Positions 37,934 through 46,561 of a stretch of 64,000 nucleotides of DNA are shown here, one piece after another. Position 1 is the stretch's first letter, and each line of letters begins with the position of its first letter. The notes under the pieces were generated by a model, which searched no databases, had not been told where the DNA came from, and was given only the letters and a program-made list of their open reading frames with translations. The stretch lies in sequence record OK040170.1; one strand, written 5' to 3'. The position numbers and the translations under genes were made by a program.

Positions 37934-39085
37934 CCAAAGCGAGTAAGTTTCATCTCTATTCAGCAATCTCACGTTATCGCTTCTAGTGACGCAATGGTTT
38001 CTCCTATCCGTACTGGGTACGAGCAAGTCATGGCTCACCGTGTTGACGATACCTTCGCTACCGCGGCTAAAGGCCCAGGGGTAGTGACCGAGAAAGGCCC
38101 TAACTACATGGTCGTAAAATACGACGATGAGAAATTAGGTGAGGAGCGTATCCAATTAGGTCGTCGCTTCGGTGTGGTAACTGGTCACGTTGTTCCACAC
38201 GCCGTAGTATCTGAACTGGAAGTGGGTAAGCGAGTAGTAGAAGGTGAGATCGTAAGTTACCATCCTGGGTTCTTCCAGCGCGACTGGCGTGACCCGACTC
38301 AGGTGCTGTGGAAGTCAGGTACTCTGGCTAACATCGCACTGATGGAAAACAACTCGACCTTTGAGGATGCGAGTTTGATCTCCGAATCACTCTCTAAACG
38401 TCTGCACACGCCGACTAGCCATACGCGTACTATCTTGGTTAACTTTAACCAGGGTATTCGTAATCTGGTAGCGGTTGGCGAACATGTAGATAATGAAACG
38501 GTTCTCGGCTACATTGAGGATGAGGTTTCTTCTGCGAGTGATTTGTTCGACGAGTCCACTTTGGAAGCATTGAAACGTTTGGGTTCTCCAGCTCCGCGTG
38601 CTAAGTATGTAGGAGATATCGAGAAAATCGAGGTAATCTATTTCGGTGAGAAGGAAGACATGTCTCCTTCATTACGGAAAATTGCGGATTACTACGATAA
38701 CCAACGCGCCAAGCTTTCTAAGGCTTTGGGTGGTACAGAAGCGAAGACTGGGCAGATTTTCACGCCTACGCGATTGGACGGTCTCTCTATTGAGATTGAT
38801 ATGATGGCGATTCGTATCTACATTACCCATGACCGCTCTATGGGTGACGGGGACAAGATCGTGGTGGGTAACCAGAAAAAGTCCGTGGTGTCTGGGGTGT
38901 TCACTGGTAAGTGCCGTACTGTCGGTCCAGTGATTCCTGGCGATAAACCATGGGACGTAGATCTCCAGTTCTCGTACAAGTCTGTAAACGCACGTATCGT
39001 AAACTCCGCGATGATGTCGGGGATGGTTAACATCCTTCTCCAGCACATTGCCACTGCGATGCTGAACGCTTACAACGAAGAGTAG
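37934..39085 (+). CDS. rpoB: Virion RNA polymerase beta subunit, exon 2
   Basis: PKRVSFISIQQSH (ANRALMGANMQRQA equivalent), N-x-EDA-x-LISE, GDKIVVGNQKK (GDKxxGRHGNKG equivalent); spliced product about 1503 aa. Confidence 0.9.
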   Translation, partial: PKRVSFISIQQSHVIASSDAMVSPIRTGYEQVMAHRVDDTFATAAKGPGVVTEKGPNYMVVKYDDEKLGEERIQLGRRFGVVTGHVVPHAVVSELEVGKRVVEGEIVSYHPGFFQRDWRDPTQVLWKSGTLANIALMENNSTFEDASLISESLSKRLHTPTSHTRTILVNFNQGIRNLVAVGEHVDNETVLGYIEDEVSSASDLFDESTLEALKRLGSPAPRAKYVGDIEKIEVIYFGEKEDMSPSLRKIADYYDNQRAKLSKALGGTEAKTGQIFTPTRLDGLSIEIDMMAIRIYITHDRSMGDGDKIVVGNQKKSVVSGVFTGKCRTVGPVIPGDKPWDVDLQFSYKSVNARIVNSAMMSGMVNILLQHIATAMLNAYNEE

Positions 39086-39102
39086 TCAGTAGTTACGTAG
39101 CC

Positions 39103-39135
39103 GCTGGGTAGGGGCCCCTACCCAGCTTACTTTTT
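39103..39135 (+). terminator. Intrinsic terminator (perfect 24-bp palindrome)
   Basis: GCTGGGTAGGGG|CCCCTACCCAGC followed by TTACTTTTT. Confidence 0.8.
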
Positions 39136-39153
39136 GATGGAAGGTTTCAAAAC

Positions 39154-39339
39154 ATGAACGACAATCAGGCAGTTACCGTCCTGTCATTGGCGAATATCCT
39201 CGAGGCTGGGAAGCGTGTACTGAAGAACGCGAAAAGCGAAGACTTCATTATCCCAGAAGGCGCTAACGTTGAGGAAGACTTGGCCGCTGCAATTGCTAGC
39301 GAAGTCCGTAATCAGAAAATTGACCAGGGGATTGCGTAA
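39154..39339 (+). CDS. Small conserved hypothetical/virion protein (61 aa)
   Basis: TAATG coupling to the next gene; SPN3US-like synteny. Confidence 0.65.
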   Translation: MNDNQAVTVLSLANILEAGKRVLKNAKSEDFIIPEGANVEEDLAAAIASEVRNQKIDQGIA

Positions 39340-40820
39340 TGCTCAGTAATAAATCAGTAGAACTGGCTCAGATGATTGTAAGCAACGAATGTGCTTGCGT
39401 AACTCCTCGCCCGAACTCTATCCTGGAAGAAGCTGTCGTTAACTCGGCGCCAGTTCTTCAGACCGAAGGCCCTTCGCTGGAATCCTTCGCCCAAGAAATG
39501 ATCGTTGCCTCAGCGCGTGAAGCTGACGGGTTCGATCTCCACGACGCAGCAATCTCTGACGTCGTTGCTACCGTCGGCCCCGCTCTGGTTCGTCAGATCA
39601 AATATGTACGTGACGTTGTCGTCCCGTTCATTACTGAAACCTCTGCGACCCTGATGGATAAAGTTCAGGAATCTGAACCACTGGAATACGAAATTGTTCC
39701 TGTCGGTATCGGTGACCTGAGCACCCTGCCAGTAGTTGCTGAGCTGTTCGGTAAAATGAACAGTAACGTACCTTTTGCTCGTCTGATCAAAGACGCCCCG
39801 GCTAAGACCGATGCAGAGCTCATCAATGCCCTGCGTACCGGTTTGCCTGAGCTGGACGATGCAATGGCAGCTACCATCGCTAAATACGGCCACAGCCGCA
39901 TTGTGGAAATGTACGAAGCCTTCTTCCGTGGTACCTTTAACCAGGCCAATGACGAAGTCTCTCGCGGCATCTACAACATGATCGTCAAGTCTGGCGACGG
40001 CTACCGTTTCTCTCTGGTTAACCCGGGTATCGTTGACCTGGCCATCGTTGGGTATTTCCTGATCGATAGCTTCATGGACAACGTAATCCCAGGCACCGGC
40101 ATGTCGCTGGATCAGTACAAAGGCGTTATCCAGGGGATGAAACTCTCCATGGGTCAACAGATCCAAAACCTGATCCGTAACTTCACCGACGACGTTAAAC
40201 GTCAGCGTCTGATCATCCGTTGGGCAGACCAGCGCGGTATCGTTACCGATGCGAGCAAAGCGCGTATCCTGGTTAACGAAATCGTTTACACCAATGCCCT
40301 GGCTCAGGATGTTACTCCTGAAATCATCATTGGCGGCATGATGGATCCTCGTGGTGCTAAGATGGACTTGCAGTCTTTCATCACCAACGCACGTTTCTAT
40401 CAAGGTCTGTGGGAACAACTGGATAAGTCTCGCAACGACTTCGTTGAGAAAGGCTTCCAGCTGCGCCTGAAAAACATCATCGCCCCGGTTATCGAACAGA
40501 AACTCCAAGCGCTGCCGAACGATTATCTGCCAGACGGCTACGATCGTACTGCCCGCGTTAAAGCTATCCTCGATAACCTGAACGCAAGTGGCCTGAACGC
40601 TTATGGCGATTGGGACATGGACGGCGTACCTAACCTGTTCTATCTGGTTAAGAACATCGCCACCACCGGTATCTTTAACTTTATCGATACCCGTTCCATC
40701 ATCGATATCATCGAACGCGATATCGAAGAGGGCGAAGAAAAGCCGGAGTACGCAGCTTATCGTGCAGCTGTTATCTACCTGGCTAAATGGCTGGTATCCC
40801 AGTTCGACGTCACCGCGTAA
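39339..40820 (+). CDS. Abundant internal head protein (493 aa)
   Basis: Very biased codon usage; SLE/AQE putative protease sites near the N-terminus; between the beta-N and beta'-C genes. Confidence 0.6.
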   Translation: MLSNKSVELAQMIVSNECACVTPRPNSILEEAVVNSAPVLQTEGPSLESFAQEMIVASAREADGFDLHDAAISDVVATVGPALVRQIKYVRDVVVPFITETSATLMDKVQESEPLEYEIVPVGIGDLSTLPVVAELFGKMNSNVPFARLIKDAPAKTDAELINALRTGLPELDDAMAATIAKYGHSRIVEMYEAFFRGTFNQANDEVSRGIYNMIVKSGDGYRFSLVNPGIVDLAIVGYFLIDSFMDNVIPGTGMSLDQYKGVIQGMKLSMGQQIQNLIRNFTDDVKRQRLIIRWADQRGIVTDASKARILVNEIVYTNALAQDVTPEIIIGGMMDPRGAKMDLQSFITNARFYQGLWEQLDKSRNDFVEKGFQLRLKNIIAPVIEQKLQALPNDYLPDGYDRTARVKAILDNLNASGLNAYGDWDMDGVPNLFYLVKNIATTGIFNFIDTRSIIDIIERDIEEGEEKPEYAAYRAAVIYLAKWLVSQFDVTA

Positions 40821-40829
40821 GGAGAGCCA

Positions 40830-41555
40830 ATGGATATCTCTGCATTAAAGCGTAATGCAGATGCTGTCAAGGCTACACTCGAAGAAACTAAACAAGGCAG
40901 CCTGGTCACTAAGACCGGCTGCCGTATTCAGATTCAAGAGTCGTTTCGTTCTAAGAAGCTGATTTCCATGGGCATCGAAACCCTGATCGTTGGCTTCTTT
41001 ACAATGATTAACCCGGACGGCAGTTACGCAGTTACGACTACTCCAAGTATGTTCCGTACCAAACCTGCTTCGATCAAGACAGTTGAGATCAAAGGCGTTT
41101 CTTACTACGAGCTGACCTACAAGCCTGGACAAACTGTCTTCGCTTCCTTGGATCTGCTGAAAGACAACACCTTGCTGTATTACCTGTTCGAAGAAGTATT
41201 GGCGCGTGGACGTATCCCTTGGTTTATGTCGTACACCGACCTCTCCAACTTCTTTACCCTGTCCCCGTACTATACCGGGACGCATCTGGTGGCCACACCG
41301 TCTATCGGTGAAATGATCGTAGCGCAGATCGCCCGCCAGGACAGTAACCGTCGTTTACCTTTGCGTCAAAGCGTGAAGAAGTATTCTGACGTCTACACGA
41401 TTCCTTATTCATGGATTCCATTGCGTAACGTAGTGGATGGTTCTACGGATACCACGACCAAGATCTCCGGTAGCTATACCGCAGATGGTCTGGATTCGGC
41501 GATTGTTAACCCTAACACGGTAATTCAACCGATCGAAGCGATCCTGAGGACGTAA
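40830..41555 (+). CDS. rpoC: Virion RNA polymerase beta' C-terminal subunit (phiKZ gp176 / SPN3US gp244-like)
   Basis: C-terminal STDTTTKISGSYTADGLDSAIVNP resembles the RpoC C-terminal SFISAASFQET...AA region; synteny upstream of the protease. Confidence 0.7.
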   Translation: MDISALKRNADAVKATLEETKQGSLVTKTGCRIQIQESFRSKKLISMGIETLIVGFFTMINPDGSYAVTTTPSMFRTKPASIKTVEIKGVSYYELTYKPGQTVFASLDLLKDNTLLYYLFEEVLARGRIPWFMSYTDLSNFFTLSPYYTGTHLVATPSIGEMIVAQIARQDSNRRLPLRQSVKKYSDVYTIPYSWIPLRNVVDGSTDTTTKISGSYTADGLDSAIVNPNTVIQPIEAILRT

Positions 41556-41557
41556 CC

Positions 41558-42271
41558 ATGGACATCGAACTCGGGTTAATGGAGTACTTACTTAAGTTTC
41601 CTCCGTATGTCATTGAAGGTCTGGAGATTGACAAGTCGAATCCGGTCTTGCTCCACATCTCCCCAAACCCGAATATTCGAGAGTTCGTTCCTCGTCCAAT
41701 TCAGCGGACGATGAAAGGAGAAGATGAATACGTCCCTCGTGTTTGCACGGGGGTCGGTTTACTGGATTGCCTACGCGGCTATGCCGTAGCGATTAACGAC
41801 TTCCTTAAAAAAGAAGCCACTTGTGCAGGTGACGATGATTGGCTAGGTGGTTACACCATTTACGCCATCCCTAACGAGGTCGCTTTAAAGCCTAGTCCGC
41901 GTATGGCTCCTATCTCGAAGTGGTGTGAGGAAAGGTGGTTGGTTCCTTACGAGGGCCCTAACCAACCGTATATCCCTGAAGTCGTAGGGAAGTTCTTTAT
42001 CAATGATGTTAAGTTGGAAGAGGACAGAACTATCGTAACCGAGTTATTCTTACACGTCGAAAAGGAACCGATGATCTTCGATCGTCATCTGACGTTATTT
42101 CCCGGTTATTGGAGAATTGTTATTCCTCACCTTAACTCGTATTTCGAGGAGAGGTTTAAACGAGCTGACGTCGAAGTCAGTAAGTTGGATTCTAAAGAAT
42201 TCACTGTCTCCAAGCAGAGCAAGGCGCATTTACTTTCCTATGACGTTAATTCATTTATAAAGCGCTGGTGA
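41558..42271 (+). CDS. Hypothetical protein, possible ADP-ribosyltransferase-like fold
   Basis: LLHIS...IREFVPR...ED..VPRVCT...CL...YTIY...P...CEERW pattern, by-eye only. Confidence 0.35.
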   Translation: MDIELGLMEYLLKFPPYVIEGLEIDKSNPVLLHISPNPNIREFVPRPIQRTMKGEDEYVPRVCTGVGLLDCLRGYAVAINDFLKKEATCAGDDDWLGGYTIYAIPNEVALKPSPRMAPISKWCEERWLVPYEGPNQPYIPEVVGKFFINDVKLEEDRTIVTELFLHVEKEPMIFDRHLTLFPGYWRIVIPHLNSYFEERFKRADVEVSKLDSKEFTVSKQSKAHLLSYDVNSFIKRW

Positions 42272-42278
42272 AGAAATC

Positions 42279-43028
42279 ATGGGATCTGTATTTGAAGTAA
42301 CTGCCTTGAAAGGGGTAAACAAGGTAGGGGAGATCAAGCGCCTGGACAATAACTATCTCGAAGTTATTCTGGGTGCTCTGGAGTTCCCTAACAGTATTGG
42401 CGCAGTCTACGACATGGATCGTGCTATGCGGTTCTTCGAACCAGGTAGTATTTTCCAGCGCCGTATCGTACAGGGCTTCCTTCGTGGTGAATTAGGTCAC
42501 CCGAAAGAATATAACTGCCGCGACTACCGTCAGTATGTGGAACGCATCCACACCATTGACGAAGGTAACTGGGCTATCCATATTCGTAAAGTAACTATCG
42601 TTCCTGGCTATCGTTTACCGAACGGTCAGGTTGTTACTGCGATTATCGGTGAAGTCTGCCCGACGGGCGTACATGCACCGGTTGTTGAACGTATCCTGGC
42701 TAACCCAGATGAGAATCTGGCATTCAGTATTCGTTCGATGGCCACTGACCGTATCGTAGGTGGTAAACGTCGTAAGTATCTGGACAACGTGATTACGTTT
42801 GACGTAGTTAACGAACCAGGTATCTCGATCGCTACCAAATACAATGCACCTGCATGTGAATCTATGGACCTGGCAGCAGTGTTCCCTGAGATTATTCGTA
42901 GCATGGTTAATGACACTGAGAAAGAAGTTGCTCTGGAAAGTTCTTTGGGACAGACCGTTGAAGCTATCCGTGCCATTGATCGCCGCGAATACGTGCGCAA
43001 TCATTCGAGTGCCATTACTCGTTGGTAA
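42279..43028 (+). CDS. Prohead (head maturation) serine protease (phiKZ gp175-like)
   Basis: GELGHP (His), TIDE (Asp), FSIRS (Ser) clan SH motifs; C-terminal ACE/ALE autocleavage-like sites. Confidence 0.9.
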   Translation: MGSVFEVTALKGVNKVGEIKRLDNNYLEVILGALEFPNSIGAVYDMDRAMRFFEPGSIFQRRIVQGFLRGELGHPKEYNCRDYRQYVERIHTIDEGNWAIHIRKVTIVPGYRLPNGQVVTAIIGEVCPTGVHAPVVERILANPDENLAFSIRSMATDRIVGGKRRKYLDNVITFDVVNEPGISIATKYNAPACESMDLAAVFPEIIRSMVNDTEKEVALESSLGQTVEAIRAIDRREYVRNHSSAITRW

Positions 43029-43039
43029 AGCAAAATAGG

Positions 43040-43066
43040 GAGAGAGGCGTTTGCCTCTCTCTTTTT
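43040..43066 (+). terminator. Intrinsic terminator
   Basis: GAGAGAGGC-GTTT-GCCTCTCTC followed by TTTTT. Confidence 0.85.
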
Positions 43067-43124
43067 GTTTGTTGTTTCGGCAAATTATATAGAGCCTCGC
43101 GCCTACCAATAAAGGAACCTTTAC

Positions 43125-43820
43125 ATGGCCATTGAAGCAGGTATTTACGATGACCCTAAATTACCTTGTGTAATCCAGGCTATCAACCCAGCAGCACCCT
43201 GGACAAAGACACCGCGCGTCGTGGACTTTGTCGGAGAAACAAAACCCTGGAAATCGATCCCTATCATTTCTTGGGTAATTCAATATCGTGAAGTTGACTT
43301 TCGTAAGAAGTTGGCTGACTACTTAGTTGCACAGAACAAATTCGGTGATCCAGTACTCGTCCGTAAAGCTATCATGGACTTACCGGATAACTCGGTGAAC
43401 TCTACTCTGGGTAATATCTTCTACGGCGTTACAACGCTCGCTGCGGGCATGTTACGTCCACGGCTAGATAACCAGTTGACTACGAGTGCACCCGCCACGT
43501 ATCAGCTCTGGTTGGCTTATTACATGGCAGAGATGTTTGCTGCAGAACTGGAGGGTAAAGACGATAACGAATCCCGTTACCGTCGTAAAGAAATGCTCTC
43601 CACTCGTGAAGTTGTAGGTTACACAATGCGACAAGCACTGACCCGTAACCCTAACATTAACTGGGGTAATAAAGTTATCTTAGACGCTACTGATGCTATC
43701 GAGGTTCGCGATACACTCTATTGCAACCGCGCAGCACTGGACGTCTATTTGAGCAGAGGCGGTACGTTGAACACTTTAGGCGCAGATTGGCTGACTAAAG
43801 GGACTAACCCTACCGTATAA
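43125..43820 (+). CDS. Hypothetical/virion protein (231 aa)
   Basis: AAGGA RBS, bounded by terminators. Confidence 0.7.
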   Translation: MAIEAGIYDDPKLPCVIQAINPAAPWTKTPRVVDFVGETKPWKSIPIISWVIQYREVDFRKKLADYLVAQNKFGDPVLVRKAIMDLPDNSVNSTLGNIFYGVTTLAAGMLRPRLDNQLTTSAPATYQLWLAYYMAEMFAAELEGKDDNESRYRRKEMLSTREVVGYTMRQALTRNPNINWGNKVILDATDAIEVRDTLYCNRAALDVYLSRGGTLNTLGADWLTKGTNPTV

Positions 43821-43853
43821 AGAGGAGGGACTTCGGTCCCTCTTTTATTTTTT
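43821..43853 (+). terminator. Intrinsic terminator with UUCG loop
   Basis: GAGGGAC-TTCG-GTCCCTC followed by T-rich tail. Confidence 0.8.
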
Positions 43854-43901
43854 ACAGTTACTCCACTGGTATGTGGAACTACCAAAAAGGTTGGACTAAA
43901 G

Positions 43902-44687
43902 ATGATTGAGAACAAAATGGTTCAGACACTTAACGACCCTCGTTCTGGTCTGAATAACTCTCAAAAGAAACTGGCTGTTGCTAACTCGGTTAAAAGTGTA
44001 GCCGAGCAAGTTCTGGGTGGCGTCTATAACTACGCAGTACTGATCGCAGCATTGACTGATGAGAAATTCAACGTCAACCCTAAGATTCGTATCGTTGCCA
44101 AGGGTGACGTTAGCGATTATCAGGTCGACGAAGACGGAGAGGATTCCGTTATCCTTTCGGTTAACCCTAAGTTGCTGAACCTGGCTAACTTGGCAGACTT
44201 CAAAGTAGCAGTAGGCGCTGCTATGAAGAAAACCCAGGGACTGAACCCTACCGAAGCTCTGCGTACTACCGGCACCATGATTACTGCTTACAGTAACTCA
44301 CTGGTTATGGATTACAACGAAGCTAAGGAAGATGTCCGTGACCAGATGTTTGCTTCTCTGGCTACCAACGTCTTCAACTATCTGCGTAACTACACGCCGG
44401 ATGTTATTTCTAACATTGCCGACGCTACGGTATTTAAAGATACCTGGGTAACTGCAGGTAAGAAATATCAGCACGAAGAGAACGACGTAAACGGACTGGT
44501 TAATCGCTGCACGTTTGCTCTGTTCGAAATCATCTACGGTATCCTGGCAGCAGATGCACGCATCTTCTACGGCCACTATAAAACCGTAGCGGCAGCCACA
44601 GACCGTACTCAAAACGGCGGGATTGATATTCGTACTGGGACTGACGAATTCATCACGACTTACCTGATGCTCTGCCTTCGCGACTAA
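43902..44687 (+). CDS. Hypothetical/virion protein (261 aa)
   Basis: ORF track; preceded by a late-type TATG at about 43870. Confidence 0.7.
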   Translation: MIENKMVQTLNDPRSGLNNSQKKLAVANSVKSVAEQVLGGVYNYAVLIAALTDEKFNVNPKIRIVAKGDVSDYQVDEDGEDSVILSVNPKLLNLANLADFKVAVGAAMKKTQGLNPTEALRTTGTMITAYSNSLVMDYNEAKEDVRDQMFASLATNVFNYLRNYTPDVISNIADATVFKDTWVTAGKKYQHEENDVNGLVNRCTFALFEIIYGILAADARIFYGHYKTVAAATDRTQNGGIDIRTGTDEFITTYLMLCLRD

Positions 44688-44697
44688 ATCAAAATAA

Positions 44698-44732
44698 TTT
44701 CAAGTATATATCACTACTTTGCAAGCGGATAA
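44698..44732 (+). promoter_or_regulatory. Early promoter, near-identical to 6732-6766
   Basis: TTTCAAGTA-TATATCAC-TACTTTGCAAGCGGATAA; 31 of 35 nt identical to the first copy. Confidence 0.75.
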
Positions 44733-44794
44733 TAGAGTGCACTTTCTTATCCGCTATTTTACCTTTCGATAAAAATCCATATGGAGTTAAAACA

Positions 44795-45250
44795 ATGTCT
44801 GACGTTAAAGCAAAAGAAGTAACCCTGGAAATCTCTGCCGACATCCGTACTCTGGCTGACAAGCTGAAAGAGAACATGACTATCAGCGAACACGGCGTAA
44901 TGACCGTCGCAGAAAATTCCTTCCTGGACAACGCACCGAAAGAAGTGAAAGAACACTTCGCATCTGTCCAAAACTACGAAAGCGCTTTCGCAACTTCTCT
45001 GATGCTGGCCGGCGGCGAAAACGCCATCGACTTCCTGAAGTCCAACAAAGAAGTGAAACGCGTTGCCGGCGTAGTCGCCACTGGTAATACTCAGATGGCG
45101 TTCAACTACACCGCACCAACCGGCCGTAAGCAAGACGGCACCATGAAAGATCCTTCCATCAGCACCGTGTATCGTCGCAAAGAGCACGAAGATCACACGG
45201 CGGTTCGCCAGGCGCTGACTGAGAAGACCCGCACGACTCTGTTCGATTAA
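44795..45250 (+). CDS. Hypothetical early protein (151 aa)
   Basis: GGAG RBS; strongly biased codons; follows an early promoter. Confidence 0.8.
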   Translation: MSDVKAKEVTLEISADIRTLADKLKENMTISEHGVMTVAENSFLDNAPKEVKEHFASVQNYESAFATSLMLAGGENAIDFLKSNKEVKRVAGVVATGNTQMAFNYTAPTGRKQDGTMKDPSISTVYRRKEHEDHTAVRQALTEKTRTTLFD

Positions 45251-45337
45251 TCGAAACAGATCGGCGTTGAAACAAACGGGAGGGGATTACCTCTCCCGAT
45301 AATTCTCCAGAAACAAAAAAGACTGAGGTCTATTGTC

Positions 45338-45910
45338 ATGACGACTACCAATACCATCATCGATAAAGCAGTAGAAGAAGCAAAGAACCTGGGTAAGGAA
45401 GTTCGCCAATCTCTGCTGGGTAACGTTAACGGTAACGACTTCGTTGCTATTGACCAAACGTATCCAACGATGATCGAAACTGATGCCACTCCGGCTACGC
45501 GCCGCGTAAACCGCGAAAAGCATCAGGAGTACCTGGATCGCGTAAGTAAGATGATCCTGACTCACTCTCTGTTCCTCGGCCTGGGCATCGAGCCTCCTAC
45601 CGGTCACGCGCTGAAGAAAGAGCTGGCAGCTGAGCTGGCTACTGAATGCAACGCAACCTTCACCAAACAAGCCAGCGCCGAACACGGCGAGATCTATTCG
45701 ACTACAGTCGAACTGGAAGATGCGCAATATCGCTTCCTGGAAACCGATCTGTGGCTGGCATACCTGCGCGCGATCCACTTCGCCGTAACCCGTAACGATC
45801 CGGATCTGACCGAAATCATCAACCGCAAGCTGGCGGCTGAAAACGGCCTGAACGACGCCGACTGGCTGGATGCTGCTTATAAAGCGGACGAAGCTAAAAA
45901 GGCAAGTTAA
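45338..45910 (+). CDS. Hypothetical early protein (190 aa)
   Basis: GAGG RBS; strongly biased codons. Confidence 0.8.
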   Translation: MTTTNTIIDKAVEEAKNLGKEVRQSLLGNVNGNDFVAIDQTYPTMIETDATPATRRVNREKHQEYLDRVSKMILTHSLFLGLGIEPPTGHALKKELAAELATECNATFTKQASAEHGEIYSTTVELEDAQYRFLETDLWLAYLRAIHFAVTRNDPDLTEIINRKLAAENGLNDADWLDAAYKADEAKKAS

Positions 45911-45947
45911 TCCAATAGACGGAGGGGAGCAAAAGCTCCTCTCCCCT

Positions 45948-46070
45948 ATACCCGAACTTTACTGAGTAAGCAGACTTAGTCAGTAATGTTTGGAGAAAAG
46001 TCGAAAGACCTTTAGGGTACCTTCGGGTATCAGAGAGGGGGCCAAGGAATCGGGCCCTTCTCTATTTTTT
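45948..46070 (+). ncRNA. Candidate structured RNA (multi-stem junction plus terminator)
   Basis: 9-bp closing stem ATACCCGAA/TTCGGGTAT enclosing two hairpins, one with a GAAA loop; terminator 46032-46063 with poly-T follows. Confidence 0.4.
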
Positions 46071-46135
46071 TGTTGCTTTTCTTTTTTTTGTCTTTTTTTA
46101 CAATGGTCTGAGATGTCTATAGGAGGAATTTTTGG

Positions 46136-46561
46136 ATGACTCAGATATTAGAAGTTTTTACAGGAAGAATTCAGGATTGGAGAGAATGGCATAACAGCGA
46201 CGTCCTCTTCTATGACATTACTCTGAAATCTGGCGACAGAGTATTTGCACCATCGGCCGAACTGCTCTATCCGTATAAGCAAGGCTTAATTAACTCCAGG
46301 GAATATGGTGAGATTTACTATCGACTATTACGACAACGCTACAGGAAAGACCCTGAGCCTTTCGAGTGGTTGATTAGACAACGACGGATTGTATTAACCT
46401 GCTACTGCGGACACGGTAAGTTCTGCCATCGCCACTTGCTGAAAAGACCCCTTCGTAAACTATGTGAAAAAGAAGGGATACTCTTTATTGATCGCGGAGA
46501 ACCACAATGGCAGTCACCACTCGTCGACCCGGAGAGCCGGGAACGGAGAAGCGGAAGGTAA
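46136..46561 (+). CDS. DUF488-family protein
   Basis: AGGAGG RBS; FAPS.ELL...Y...Y...L...IVLTCYC....CHR motif. Confidence 0.75.
   Translation: MTQILEVFTGRIQDWREWHNSDVLFYDITLKSGDRVFAPSAELLYPYKQGLINSREYGEIYYRLLRQRYRKDPEPFEWLIRQRRIVLTCYCGHGKFCHRHLLKRPLRKLCEKEGILFIDRGEPQWQSPLVDPESRERRSGR

Noticed and set aside
39103-39126. Perfect 24-bp palindrome as an operator or recombination site
   Set aside because: It sits just after a stop codon and precedes a T-tract, so it is fully explained as a terminator.
39510-40508. Long antisense ORFs (this 332-aa one; also 15201-16172, 53289-54098, 55269-56090, 62473-63450, 6834-7382 and others)
   Set aside because: They shadow strongly codon-biased sense genes, in which rarity of TTA/CTA/TCA removes antisense stops. 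No RBS or motifs.
45948-46030. Hammerhead ribozyme, tRNA or c-di-GMP riboswitch identity for the structured element
   Set aside because: No CUGANGA core, no cloverleaf/T-loop, and no riboswitch junction consensus; kept only as an unclassified candidate.
46063-46099. Long poly-T stretch as a replication origin or assembly artefact
   Set aside because: It can be explained as an extended terminator tail; no iterons or other supporting evidence.
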